From: Vicugna vicugna
Taxonomy: Eukaryota
Length of the DNA: 64,000 nt
Direction: 5' to 3'
NCBI GenBank assembly: GCA_013265495.1
Contig: MU059829.1
Location: 3,968,001-4,032,000, forward strand
The notes beneath the pieces were generated by a model that saw only the letters and a list, made by a program, of their open reading frames with translations, made no database searches and was not told where the DNA came from. The position numbers were made by a program, and so were the translations under genes. Below, in pieces: positions 1-11,872 of this stretch. Each line of letters starts with the position of its first letter. Within the stretch, counting starts at the first letter, position 1.

Positions 1-107
1 CTGGCGGGCGGGCGGACCTCATGTGACGCGTAAAATAACGTGAAACAGAAAGTTTACAGAAACACACGAACTGCTTCGACGGAGAAAAAGCATTTGGAAG
101 CACCCAC

Positions 108-650
108 CTTCAGGAGCATCCAGGAGGCGCAGGTGAAGGGTGTGCTCATCTCCAGGAGCAAGGTGACCATGGCCAGATAGTGGCCGGCTTCCAGGTTGAC
201 CACCAGGCCAAGAAACCCCAGGAAGGCAAAGAGGTGGTGGGTGGCCAGGAAGAAGTCGAAGTTGCGGAACAGCAGGTGTGACACGTGAATGGCCACGTTC
301 TCGAAGAAGAAGAACCCCGTGGCCGTGGTGATCTGAAACCAGCACCAGTTCTGCTGGCCGAGCACCCGATCGGCCTGGAGCACCGGGTCCACCAGCAGCG
401 CCCACAGCCCTGCCGTCGTGCTCTGGACGCCGAAGACGGCACGCGTGGCCGCCAGGTTCCAGAAGACCTTCTCTCTGGGCACCAGGGAGTGGTAGGTGGC
501 ATTCAAGGAGGACGACAGCTGGTGGCAGACCATGAAGACGCCCAGGTAGAAGACAAAGCCGGCCACCGTCAGCGTCCAGCGGATCTTCCCGGAGGCATAG
601 TCCAGGTCAAAGATGCTCCCTGCCACCCCGCCGTCACTCGCAAGACTCAT
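108..650 (-). CDS. CLN8: CLN8 first coding exon (codons 1-181), ER/ERGIC TLC-domain transmembrane protein
   Basis: Translates [20 protein letters not shown]...[11 protein letters not shown]...[25 protein letters not shown], matching CLN8. ATG at 650 has A at -3 (agcaccATG). The 543 nt end at an AAG|GTGGGT donor (GT 107-106). The last coding exon lies left of the window. Confidence 0.97.
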
Positions 651-758
651 GGTGCTGGTGTCTGTGTCAGAGGAGAGCCAGGTCCACACGCTGCCTCTGG
701 TCCCTGAAAACGCAGTCAGGGCCACGGCCTCAGGGCCCCTTGTGCACCCGTCTCCGAC
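651..758 (-). other. CLN8: CLN8 exon 2 5'UTR portion
   Basis: Strong acceptor gtgacttctcttttctctccAG|gtc (AG 760-759). A second possible acceptor, gcgttttcAG|gga, would start the exon at 703. No ATG upstream of 650 inside the exon. Confidence 0.8.
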
Positions 759-3129
759 CTGGAGAGAAAAGAGAAGTCACCTTCTGTTGGCTCAATGGGA
801 GCGAGGCCACAGCGCGGCTCCAGTGCACACGAACACTACAATGAGACACCTGCTAACAGTTCCCTACCCGTGCTCACATGTATTTGAAGACAAAACCAAA
901 GTGAGAAGACACGTTGGTGACACAGAATGAACAGACAAGGAATTAAAGACAGACGGTGCAGGCAGGGACTGAAACTCACGGTCCTGACCCTCCGGGGGAC
1001 GTCCCGTGTGGTAGGCTGTGACAGTCCAGACCCCCAGGAGGAAAGAAACACTGTGTGTGAAGCTATGATGGACTTTGCTGAAGCATATGCTTCCAGAACC
1101 TGAGATGGGAACTGGCCGGAGGCCAGTCTGGGCAGCAGAGCTACGCACCAACATGATCATGAGTCAGCCACGTCTGGGGGCACAGACTGCCGGCAGGGCA
1201 GGTGGGGGCCAAGCCAAGCTGTGAGCTCCAGGGACGCACACAGCACCTGCACGTGGCCACCACGTGACTCAGAACGAGGCTGTCCTCCTGTGCTGCCCTC
1301 CAGGCGTGGTCGTGGGCAGGAAAGGTCAGTGCGCTGGACTAGACCCAGTGGATGGGGGCCTCCAGTGCCATGCCATCTCCACAGGGCAGGACAGGCACCT
1401 GGGCTTCCCCATCCCCCACGTGGCTCCACCCGCCCTCAGCAGTCCCTGTGAGTCCTCGGGGGGGGACACCACCTCCCCCTGGACGAGGGGCTCCACGCCT
1501 CCCTGAGCTGAGGGCCCTCAGAGGAGCCCTCTAAACTCAGCTCTCCACTGACGACGGCGGGAGCTCAGCAGGCCCCTCCTGCAAACGTCCGTGTTTTCCC
1601 ACCAACGGTGGCTGCCCCTGAGGAAGCAAGTAGGTTCTACTAAGACAATGTCTCTGCAACAATGTAAATCAACAGTTCATCCTTGTGGCCCTTATTTTTA
1701 TGGTTTGGACAACGGCTTCACAGATACGGCACCAAGAGCACAGGCAACAGAAACAAGCAAACGGGGACGACAGCAAACCAAGAAAGTGCCTGGGGGGTGA
1801 CTGCGTCTCACGGGACCACAGGACTGCGGGGCGCAGGGCCAGCGCTGGAGCGGAGGGCACGGGCCTCACCGCCAACCCGCGGACGCTCGGAGGAGGCGGC
1901 CCGCGGCCAGGCCAGGGACGCACAGGACACCGCTCTCTCACCGCGGACAACACAGGAACCGCCCCTGACGACTGCACTTGCATCTGACGATGCTCTGGAA
2001 CCAGAGCAAAACCACAGATGGGCCTGCCTCCCGCTTCTCAGGCACCGCGCCGGCTCTGGCACAGGCCGGACTGACGGCGCGCAGGCCCCCGCTGCGCATT
2101 CCTGCACACCTCGCAGGACAGGCTCTGCTCACCCGACGCCCAGACCGCAGTTTCCTCTCACACCTAGAGACACGCGTGAACGTCAACATGGACACAGAGC
2201 AAGCCCAGCACTAGCCTAAGAGGCCGCGAGAGCACGTGGCTCTGACCCGTGTGTGCGCGCGCAACACGTTACTTCCTGTCTGCTGGGATGTTCTGACAGC
2301 CCCTTCTACAGCAAAGGGCCCCGCCAGGGGACGCCTGTGACAAATGCCACTGACCCGGCCAGGCCAGGCCTTCCCCGTCTGCCCTGCACCCAGGAGGCGA
2401 CGTTCCTCTGCCAGAATCACCCAGGCTGGGAGCCAGGCAGCCAGGAACACCCCTGGAGCCCAAAGTCCAACAAAATCATTAAAACCGGCCAGTTTTACAC
2501 ATTCACCCGACCCTGGAAACCCCAACAAAGGCCGTGGCCTCAGTCCCCCCTCCCTCCCATCTTCTGCCCCCAACACCCTGACCACCCCTGCGTGGCCCAC
2601 GTGGCCCTGTCTCAGGACCCGCGCGCATAGTAAACGCCGCTTTCCTCTTGTGACTGCGCCTGACCGGCCCTCTCACTAAAGATTCAGAACCACCTGGCCC
2701 CCCGAAGCCCCTTCGAGTCCCACAGGGTGGGCGCTGTGAGACTGACGGGGAGGTTGACATGGGGGCGGGGACGGACATTCACTGCTGGGCAGGAGGGCAG
2801 CCTCAGGACCAAGAACTGCACCCCAGCAGACGGGTCTGCAGCAAGAGCCTCCCCCCACTGCAGCCCGGGCTCCCGGGAAGGGCACCTCATCCTCTCCCAC
2901 AGGCCCCACCACCGTGCTCCTGGCCCAGCCACCTACCTTCCTTGGAGCCTCTGCCTGGAAACGGGAGGGTCCCCGAGACTCTGACTAGAACGAGGGCTGG
3001 CGCTCAGGAAGGTGGGGGGCCCTCCAGGGCCCTGGGACAGAACAGCGAGTTCTCGTCTCGGTTTCACTGCTTAGAAGCTAAGAAAGCAGGACCCCAGCAT
3101 CCGACTGTAGAAACCAAAGACAAACAGAG

Positions 3130-3260
3130 CGCAGTGGGACATCAGGAGCTAACAGGAAGCACCTACTGTGTGCCCGGCAGATCCATTAGGTCTCTTCACT
3201 TGGTAAGTGGGGAAAGGTAGGCTTCAACCCCCCTGGACAGCCCAGGCTCGGTTATTTGCC
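3130..3260. mobile_element. MIR/L2 fragment
   Basis: agcacctactgtgtgcccggc...gtaagtggggaaaggtagg resembles the recalled MIR core. Boundaries approximate. Confidence 0.4.
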
Positions 3261-5259
3261 TCAAATCAAGAAGCTACTCCGTGGGGCCTGGGCTGGCACG
3301 TGATCAGGACCTCCGCGCTCTGGTCCTGGGGCACTGGATCGCCCGCAGCTCTGCTGTCTTCTCTCTATTCTGGGGGTACGTCCAGGCCCGACACCCCCAG
3401 GCATTCTGACGCCACTGCCTTGGAGGGGACTTGGCTACTTCTTAAGTGCCTAGCTGCCCCAAGGAGGTGCAGGACCACTGCACTGGCCTGGTCCCCAGTC
3501 TCCTCCAGGTGTAAAATCCTGAGACTCTGAGGAGGGATGTTCAGAGCCTTCCTTTTCCTAAACCAGGCATAACTGAAGGGGCTTCCCATGAGCTGCAGGT
3601 GCTTGTAAATGTAAGTCAGATTAAAAAAAGACATCCGATTATCCTGGAAAGTCTGCAAACAGCCGACCATGAGCCCCTGTCTTCTCCCTCCCTCCCCTCC
3701 CTAACTCTTCCAACAAGCAGCAGGAGGCACGTGGGGCCAAGGGGTGGGTAGGGGACTGGGAGGGGAAGGAGACAGGAGGCACTCCCCAGCCTCCAGCCTC
3801 CTGGGACACGCAACAAGCAAGAACAGGAACCCCAGTACTGGGTCTGCCTGCTTTTGACCCTGTGCTTGAGACAAGAGCAGTGGGGGGAGGTGCAGAAGGA
3901 AGGAGTGGGGGGCAGGGATGGAGCCAGCATTCCAGGTGGGTAACAGGGGACTGGCTCCAAGGACCCAGAAATCGAGGAAAAAAACACTATTCTTTCAAAG
4001 TCATGCCACAGATAAACCTCAGACTGGCTTCTGGGTCCTTAAGACTCTAGGTAACCTTTCTGAAGATAGTGTCTCATCTGAGGAAAGAAATGCAAATGGG
4101 TTAAGGTCTCAGCTGAGCTAGAGCGGAGGCAGGGGAGCCCCTGGGTCATCAGAGACACGACTCCCTGCAAGACCCAATACTCAGCACCCTTCAGACCCCC
4201 ACAAACGCGCCCCCTTCCTGATCCATGCTCAAAACCTCCTCCTCACACTCCCTCCTACACGACAGCGTTTCTGGGCCAGCTGGTCTGGTCCAACCTGTCA
4301 CCCTGGGTCCTGGGGATGCTGCAGGCTGGGGGACCCAGGTGGCCCCCCAAACCCCGCAGAGGCACTGCTGCCCTTAGGCTGGGTGGTGCCCCCAGGGCAG
4401 TCAGACTTGTTCTGGAAGGCTCTGCGCCCACCCGCCCTGACTGCCTCCCTTCACCTTCCAGGGCACAGGGGACATGGGGGCGCTCCGTTCCCCTGCTGCC
4501 CACTTGCTCACCTGGAGCCCCAGACTAGGGCTTCTTCAGGAGCCAGGCGCTCAGACCGCCCTGTAGCTGCGATAAGAGTGACCCCTGGGGACAGAGAGCC
4601 CCTCCCCCTCGACTCCGCAGGAAAAATCTATCTACAAACCTTGCCCCGTTCTTTCCTCTATAGGCTTTGGTGCTTTCAGCTGTTCCACTGCACCGCACCA
4701 GGCATTCTGAGGAAGTTAAGAGTGTTGGTTCCAGTGCTGCCATGACTGGCAGGCCAGTCCCCAGGCTGGGACTCCAGCCCCCAGGGCCCCTGCAGCTCTG
4801 ACACGGACACAGGAACATCTCTGAGCTCCTCTGTTCACTGGGCGCTAAACTGATTCCAATCTGGGATGTGCAGTCCACAAGAGGGAAACAGCCTGCTTTG
4901 TTACATCATCCTGGGTTACTGCGCACGACCTCGGAGGGTCACTTGACTTTGCAAAGGAGACAGCACAGCTCATTCAGCGGGTACTGGCCTGGGCTTCACA
5001 GTCTGGGAGGCCTACCTGGCAACTCTGATAACCAGCAATAACTCTCCTCTCGCCTCTGCCCCCAGGGAAGATAATCCAGAGGCTGTGGTCACTGCCGTGC
5101 GCAGGATGCCCCCAGGCCCGCCCGGCCCAGCATTCCTGCAGCTCACTGGCCCCTGAGCCGGCTCCTTCCTCCTGCTGGCTCCTTCCTCAGTGAGTTAACA
5201 CAAGCTGACAAGCACTCCCTCTTTGCAGGAGAATTAGGTTTCTAACGTGTAGAGAATGA

Positions 5260-5520
5260 CACTTTGACATTTGTAAACATATCTTTTCCAAAATTAAAAG
5301 AAATACATGCTCAATGAACAAAATTCATAAAATACAAAGCAGCATAAAAATACAAAAACAAAACCCTGCAGTCCTCCCACTCAGCTTAAGCACCGACTGT
5401 TTCCGGGGCCAGCTGGGTCAATCCTTTTGCTAAGTGTGAACTTTTACTTTTTTCATGAAAAGGGGTCCATGTTCACACGCCGCCTTTCTGCCTAATTCTT
5501 TCCTCTTACCATAAAGTTCA
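5260..5520 (-). mobile_element. Ancient L1ME-like fragment
   Basis: AT-rich aaatacatgctca...aaaatacaaag...cctcccactcag pattern typical of antisense L1ME 3' ends (recalled). Confidence 0.4.
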
Positions 5521-6070
5521 CGTTTCCCTTGCAAACCCTCTTCTCTGAGAGATTCTTTGCAGCAGAGACCCCTCAGAGCCGCCCTTACAAACCATCCTGC
5601 ACTGAACACCTCTGGTGCTACCTGGAGCGGTTACTACTTCAGCTCTAATTTTCACGTATAAGGTGCTGGGCGACACGACCCCCGGCGAGCACGGCCTGGA
5701 CGGTCTCGGTCTCCGCCGGTCGACCAGTGCCCCTCGGAAGGCGCTGCCCCGCTGCCCCGCTCCCACCGCGGCCCGGCCGGCTCACCTGCAGACAGAGCTG
5801 CTGGACCCGCTCCCCCAACCCCCGGCTCACCTGCGGACTGGGCGACCTTGACCCCTGCTCATACCACCCGAAGACCGGGCGGCGCGACCCCTGTCCGGCC
5901 CACGCGGCCCGCAGTCCAGGCCGGGCCGCCAAGCACCGCGGGCCGGACCCGGTGGGTGTGCGGCTTCCCTGCGCGGGGACAGGGGACTCTCGGACAAGAG
6001 AAAACGCCGAGGAGGCTGGCGGACGCGGACGCGAACGCCGCCGAGCGAACGCCGACGAGCGCCCGCCCAC

Positions 6071-6108
6071 CTGAGCGCGGATGTGCTGCGACCCGCGCCC
6101 CCGCCGCC
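6071..6108 (-). other. CLN8: CLN8 non-coding first exon (TSS approximate)
   Basis: Donor ccgcgctCAG|GTGGGC (GT 6070-6069) just downstream of the NRF1/GC-box cluster. Alternative donors CAG|GTGAGC end exons at 5831 and 5786. Confidence 0.6.
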
Positions 6109-6133
6109 GCGCATGCGCGTCCGGGGGCGGGGC
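6109..6133. promoter_or_regulatory. NRF1 site plus Sp/KLF GC box
   Basis: GCGCATGCGC at 6109-6118 is the perfect NRF1 palindrome; GGGGCGGGGC at 6124-6133. Confidence 0.75.
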
Positions 6134-6610
6134 CTAGGGCGGCGGGCGCTACCACTGGCGCGGGCTGGCGGGGGCGCGCGGGCCGAGCCACGGGCGCCGG
6201 CCGAGGGGGGAGCCGGGCCCGCCTCCGCGGCCTTCCTCCTGAGCCCGCCCGGGCGCCCCCCTCACACCCCAGGTTCGCCCCGCGGGGACTGTGTCGGCCT
6301 GGGAGAGGGGAGCGCAGCCCGGCAGAGCCTCTGAGCCCCCCGCCGCGGCGCGGACACGCCCCAGTGAGCCCCGTGGGACCCCGCGGCGCCCCCCGCAGCC
6401 CGGCCCCTGAGGGCCCGCGGAGGCCGCGCTGCCCGCGGCGGGGATGCGGCTCTCCAGCCCCAGCCCGCGTCCCTGGGCCGAGCCACCCGAGGCCGCAGCG
6501 TCTGCGAAGGAGCCGTCGAGGGCGGTTTCGCTTCCCCACTGCCCTGCGGTCGCGGGCAGGTGGCCTGGCTCCGCGGGCCATGTGAAATGAGAACCATCCG
6601 CCCGGAGGGT

Positions 6611-6620
6611 CCACGTGACG
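6611..6620. promoter_or_regulatory. CLEAR-like E-box (CACGTGAC)
   Basis: tccACGTGACg; reverse complement GTCACGTGGA, about 0.5 kb upstream of the CLN8 first exon. Confidence 0.45.
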
Positions 6621-9600
6621 CCCGGAGCCGCAGCTGCCTCGCAAGTGGTCTCAATTGTGAGACTCGCTTTAGGAATTGGGCCGGTGTTGCCACCACCTCC
6701 CGGGGAGGCGGGCGTTCTGCGCAAGGGGCGAGTCTCCTCGGCCCCGCCTGCCTCCCCAGCGCAGCCTCCTGCCCCAGGTGGCCCCCGGAAGACGCAGCCT
6801 AGGATTGGGGGTTCACCCCTGGGTGTAGGGCGCCAGGCCTTGGAGAGCCAGGAGCAGCCTCCCGGGCATAAGAACCGTGGCTTTGGAGTCAGGCAGTCCT
6901 GGGCTGATCCACCAGCCGAGACAAGTCCCCGAGGCCCTGCGTAGCCTGCAGCCCCGGTCTCAGGTGTGAATGTGGAGGGCACAGCTGGCCGTGACGCTCA
7001 CGTAACCCCCTGCTGCCCGCCCTCCCCAGACTCTCACCCTGGACTCGTTTCCTGTGTCCTCTGACTCAGACTCTAGCCGCGTCGGGGAGGACGCGGTTTT
7101 GCCACTCTTGTCCCCAGCACTTGGGTCATTGGTTACCAGCACAGCTGCTGGGAGAACAGACGAACAGAAACTCGCCTCTGTGCCCCCGCCCGCGTCCACC
7201 GCCGGCCGGCTGTGTGAGGGACACCCAGTAATTTTACTGCATTGAATTAAAAATCCGACAGACCCCAAGACACACTTCGTTGTTTTCTTTCCACTTCCAG
7301 GTAGTGGTGAAGACCACCACGCCTTACCTACGCTCAGGGCTCCTCTGAGGGTGAAATAAGATGTTTAAATGACCAACGCCCTTTGAAAATAAAGCAGCAA
7401 CAGTCGCTGTGTCTCTTCTGCACACTGGGAGGAAGGTTTCCATTCACAGTGGAGTTAGGCTGATTTTCGGATTTTCATGCAGGGGAGGTGAAGTGACCTG
7501 TCCCGCTTCCCAGAACTGCTGAAGGTGAGGCCGACTGTGGAATTCTACAGCCCAGGGTAGGAATGCGCTTTTTAGAGGAGGTGGCCAGGGACGTCATCTC
7601 TTTCTCTGATCACATAAGCAATACATGCACATCGTTTGTTTAACGAAGAAAAAGATTTTTAAAAGACGGTAGCAGAGGGGTGGTAAGATTTCACTGCCCA
7701 TTTCGCTCTAAGGGCTGTGACTGAGTCCCGGAGGACTCCCCCAGCTTTAACCCGGGCGCAGCTCCCCCCCCCCCAAGACAGCACGGCTGGCTCTGGAGGA
7801 GGAGTGCCTCACACTCTGCTTCCAAAGGGCAGCTTACAGCGCGGGAGCCTCCGTGGACAGCGGGCCAAAGCAGGACAGCACTCCCTGGACTCCTGCAAGT
7901 CCTGGAGCAGGCTTTCAGCCCGCTGTGACCAAGACTGCTCCCTCCCGCCGGGCTCCTCTTAGCTCTCCAGGCCTGACCCTAGATCTGTCCCTGCACATTC
8001 AGTTCAGATTTAGCAAAAACCCCCCGGAGGGATTTGATCAGCTTCCGCGTCCCCCACCCTCCATGGCCTGTTCAGCAAGAATCCTGCCGAGGCTGTCTGG
8101 CGAGAACGCGGGCCTTGGTGTGTCCTCGTAGGAATTTCCTGCCCACGCCCTCCCCACACACACCCTGCACCATCGTCCCTGCTCGTCCCTGGGGTATTCG
8201 GGGTGAGCCCAGTCTCCCCTCCCCACTGCGAGCCCCCATGGCGCTGGGCCTTGCATCTGTCTCTGTAGTCCCCTGAATGAGGGCTATCACGGATACTGTT
8301 CTCCCTAACAACTGTGGCAAAATGAAAGCTTCTTGGAAAGAAAAACGTTTATCGTAAAAAAGCATGTCTTCTCAGAGTCATTCTGCAAGTATTCATTGTG
8401 TCTACTTCTTTTTCTGAAAAGCATAGTTTGAACCACAAAACCTGGTGACCATGGCTTGAATGCAAGCGTCCTGGAAGGTGCTAAAGGCTGGGGCCAGGGT
8501 CTCGGCCTGCTTTCCTGCCAGACTTTACTCCTGCCAGCTTTGTGACCTTGGAGGGGTCGAATAACCTCCGAGCCACAAACATGAAGAGATGAGATTGGTC
8601 TAAAGTCTATTCTGCATCTAGGCTTCTGCGGCGTGAGTGTTGGCCAGGCCAGGGCAGGGCTCGCTCTGTTGCAAATGATGCTCTTGAAGCTAAAGGCTGC
8701 ACCCTTCTTGGCACACACAGAATCCTTACGTCTCCGCTGGCCAAGCTCATCACCATAACAACCAGTGCTGTGTTTTGTTTTTTAAAAGCCTTGCTCAGAT
8801 TACGTTGGTTCAAGGGCTACAAAGCCAAGGCTGTGCTTGTGGGGTCCACCAAAGTGCCCCGTCCACTAGACCCACCCCCTCAGGACGCTGAGCCAAGTCT
8901 GGACAATTGTGGTTTTCGCAGCTGGTTGGGGTGGGGCTGGATCCTACAGTGATGTCCAGGACAGAGGTCACAGCAGAACAAGGTCAGCAGGGCTGGTGCT
9001 GGTAAGGCAGCGCCCCAGCTGCAAAGGGAGGCGCTGCAGAGGCACCTCCCCCACCCCTAAAGTGGTCTGCCCAGTCGCATCTCTGGGGCTGGTACCAAAA
9101 TTGTGTTCCCGCGACCTGGGGGGCCGAGTGCGACTTTGGGAAATGCCTGGTTCCCTCACAGAGACGTCAGTGCCCTTGACCTTCCACTTCGCGTACTATT
9201 TTAGAAACTCAAAACGCGCCCCCCCCCCAACAAAGCATGATGTAACACAGGCGTGTACAGGGAAGTGGAGTTTCGTCTTTCCAAAATGCCAGGTAGAAAG
9301 CTGGAAGGTGGGCGAATCCAAAAACTAACCCACTGAGCTGGTGCATTTGTGAAATTGCCGAACGACAGAAACTTACCCAAGAGCTTTCTTCCCAGTTTTC
9401 CTCCCCGCAACTGCACAGTCAGAGGGAGAGACAGGGTGTGAGGCTCAGGCTCAGCTGACCAGAAACCACAAACAGTAACTCGGAAACACGCTGCCAATCC
9501 TCACGTCTTTCCTCTGCTTAAAGTCACTAGCCCAAAGTCGTCATGAAGGAGCCGGACGCCAGTGCTGCCCGGCGCTCCAGCCTGCGGGCCGCCGGTCAGC

Positions 9601-11545
9601 CGGTGGTACCGCCTTCTCATGACGCGCTCTGCTCACGGAGACCAGGGCAGAGCCAGCCGGGTCTTAATAATTACCTGGTAGGAGTGGGGCATCTTACAAA
9701 GGAGCTCTGAGTCACTCAGCGCCAGGGCCGTGGGACGCCCACATGCCCCCTGGTGTGGGGCGGGGTGGCCTGGTGCCACAGCCAAACCAGAGCCAGTTGG
9801 CAAACCTGTTTTGTGTAAGTTGTTTCAAGGTAAAGTGAGGGAGCACGACAGGACAGGGCGTCAGTGGGCTCGACATACGATGTCTGTCTTCACCGGGAGA
9901 GACTTGCATGGTGAGGGTGGTGATGCTACCCTTAGGCTGACCTGAGAGCCACTGAAATAACCGTGCGACAGGGCCAGTTTACTTCTGCACACTGCCCTCA
10001 GGGCTTTTGTTCTTTTCTGCCAATAAATATTACCCTCAAGAACCAATCGGCTTCTGATCTCAAGGTGTCTGAGCACGAACTTCTTAGCAGTTCCCTTAAG
10101 ACACTAACAGAAAGGTCTGCGCCCGTGTTTACAAACATCAGGAGAAAGAAGACACGGGCTTTTACTATACGGTGGAAAATAATACCCACGTAGATGATGC
10201 TTTGGTTTATAAAGCATGTTTCATAGCATTTTATTTGAGCATGTGCTCCAAGAATATTAACTACATAAGTGAACGTGGCCAATGCAGTTCAGCCTGGCCC
10301 TTTCCAAAAGGAGAAGAGACACTGCTCTCAGATAGGATGTGTCCTCAGCTGAGAAGCGGGGCTGACAGTACCACCTGGTCAAGCACGGAGCCGCACACCA
10401 CCCTGGCTCTCCGGAGCCTTGAAATACCTCCAGACCAGCTGGTGAAGAGCTCGTCCCCGCGACCCCTCTGGTGGCCCCGAGGTCCAGGAACTGAGGTCGC
10501 ACTCACCTGGCTGCCAAGCACGCTCAGCGATGCCCGCTTACCTCCCAGTTCCTGCGGGGCCACAGGTGGGTCTGTGCGTGACTGATGCTCTCAGCCCCCA
10601 ACCTGTGGTGTCTGCTGTGGTTAGTAGGTCCTTTCTCTTTGCAGAAGGCCCGACACCGAGTCTTGGTTTTCTGTTAAAATCCTCGACTGAGGGTTAATGT
10701 TGAAGCAATGAGGTTCCCAACTGAAGTGTATAATTTAAACTAATTGGAAGGAGGAACAGATAAGGTCTGTGGGCGCATCTGTCCCCAAGCCTCCTGCTGA
10801 AATGTCACTTGTAAGTTCAAGTCGAGCCACCTTGAAAGTTCCTGTCGAGACTCAATGCCTGTGTGCGAAGGAGCCGCAGGTTACTCTGTGAGTCTTGGAT
10901 GGGGGCGCTGCCCAGAAGCTGTCCCTGCCCACGTCACATCCAGGCCTTCAGTGTGGCTTCCTCGTGACCATGCTGGTAGCAGACATCACATCATTGAGGG
11001 CACGACTCGGGAAGCAGGTCTGTGGGGTGCAAGAGGCTGACCTGGAATTGGGGTACAGCTGGGAGGGGCGGGGGCAACAGGACAAATCTGGGTGGCTCTG
11101 GGGACCTGGCCCGTCAGGGAAGGTGGGGCACTGCCTAGACCCCATGGAAAGACTCCTCCTGGTTTAGGAGAATCAGTCTGAACTCAGTCATGAAGGGCAC
11201 CGAAGAATTTAAACGTGAAGTTGTAAATTCTGTGCGTTAAGCTTCTTGGGGCTGGAGCCCTGCCGCAGTGGAGGTGGTGCCCCGGCGGGCTCTGCACCCC
11301 ATGCACCTGGGGGGATCTGCCCAGGTCACAGGGGCCGGCCTGAGTCTTCAGGTGTGAGTGCAGCGGCCCTGGGCCTCGGGAGCCTTGGGACAGGCCCTCA
11401 TCCGTGTCCACCATGTGCCAGTTAGGCTGCCGCTGGGAGGAAACAGGAAGCGATGATACAGCGTCTCCCCTGCTGCCCCCCAGGGGCTCCTCGTCCAGGA
11501 GAAAAAGAGGAGGCATCTTCCAGCATTGTCCCACGGCCTCGGCTG

Positions 11546-11872
11546 TGCACTGGGTGAGTGTCCCCAAGAACCTATATGTTGACCCCTAACCCCCATGTGA
11601 TGGTGCTGGGAGGGGCCCCGGGGGTGGTGTCACGAGGGTGGGCCCTGGCGGTGGGACTCGGTGCCCTGGTAAGAAGACACGCCAGCTCTACCCCGCCGCC
11701 CCATGGGGACACAGTGAGGAGACGGTGTCCATGAACCTGGAGGAGGGGCTCACCAGACGCGGGGTCTGACGTCCAGCCTCCAGGATGTGAGACGTCAGTG
11801 TCTGCTGTCCTGGCCCCCAGCCGCTGGTGGCCTGTGGCAGCGGCTGGAGCCGAGCCTGGGTGTGGCTGTCCA
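11546..11872 (+). mobile_element. MLT1A/MST-like MaLR solo LTR
   Basis: gtgtccccaagaacctatatgttgacccctaacccccatgtgatggtgctggga...ccagcctccagga..tgtgaga follows the recalled MLT1A consensus. Confidence 0.75.

Larger units (their letters stand above)
5640..6800. promoter_or_regulatory. CLN8: CpG island, CLN8 proximal promoter
   Basis: Dense CpG/GC sequence with an NRF1 palindrome, GC boxes, an E-box and minus-strand splice donors at its downstream edge. Boundaries approximate. Confidence 0.88.

Noticed and set aside
54-107. C-terminal tail [17 protein letters not shown] of the same ORF
   Set aside because: Read-through into intron 2 past the GT donor at 107.
651-725. 25-aa N-terminal extension of CLN8 (ORF 54-725)
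   Set aside because: It begins at GTG inside the 5'UTR. The ATG at 650 has a good Kozak context and matches the known CLN8 N-terminus.
5645-6982. Overlapping 140-277 aa Arg/Gly/Pro/Ala-rich ORFs
   Set aside because: CpG-island composition lacks stop codons in all frames; no recognisable domain.
10460-10476. CTCF-like CCACCAGAGGGGTC (also 55121-55133)
   Set aside because: Mismatches at the highly constrained GGC end of the core.
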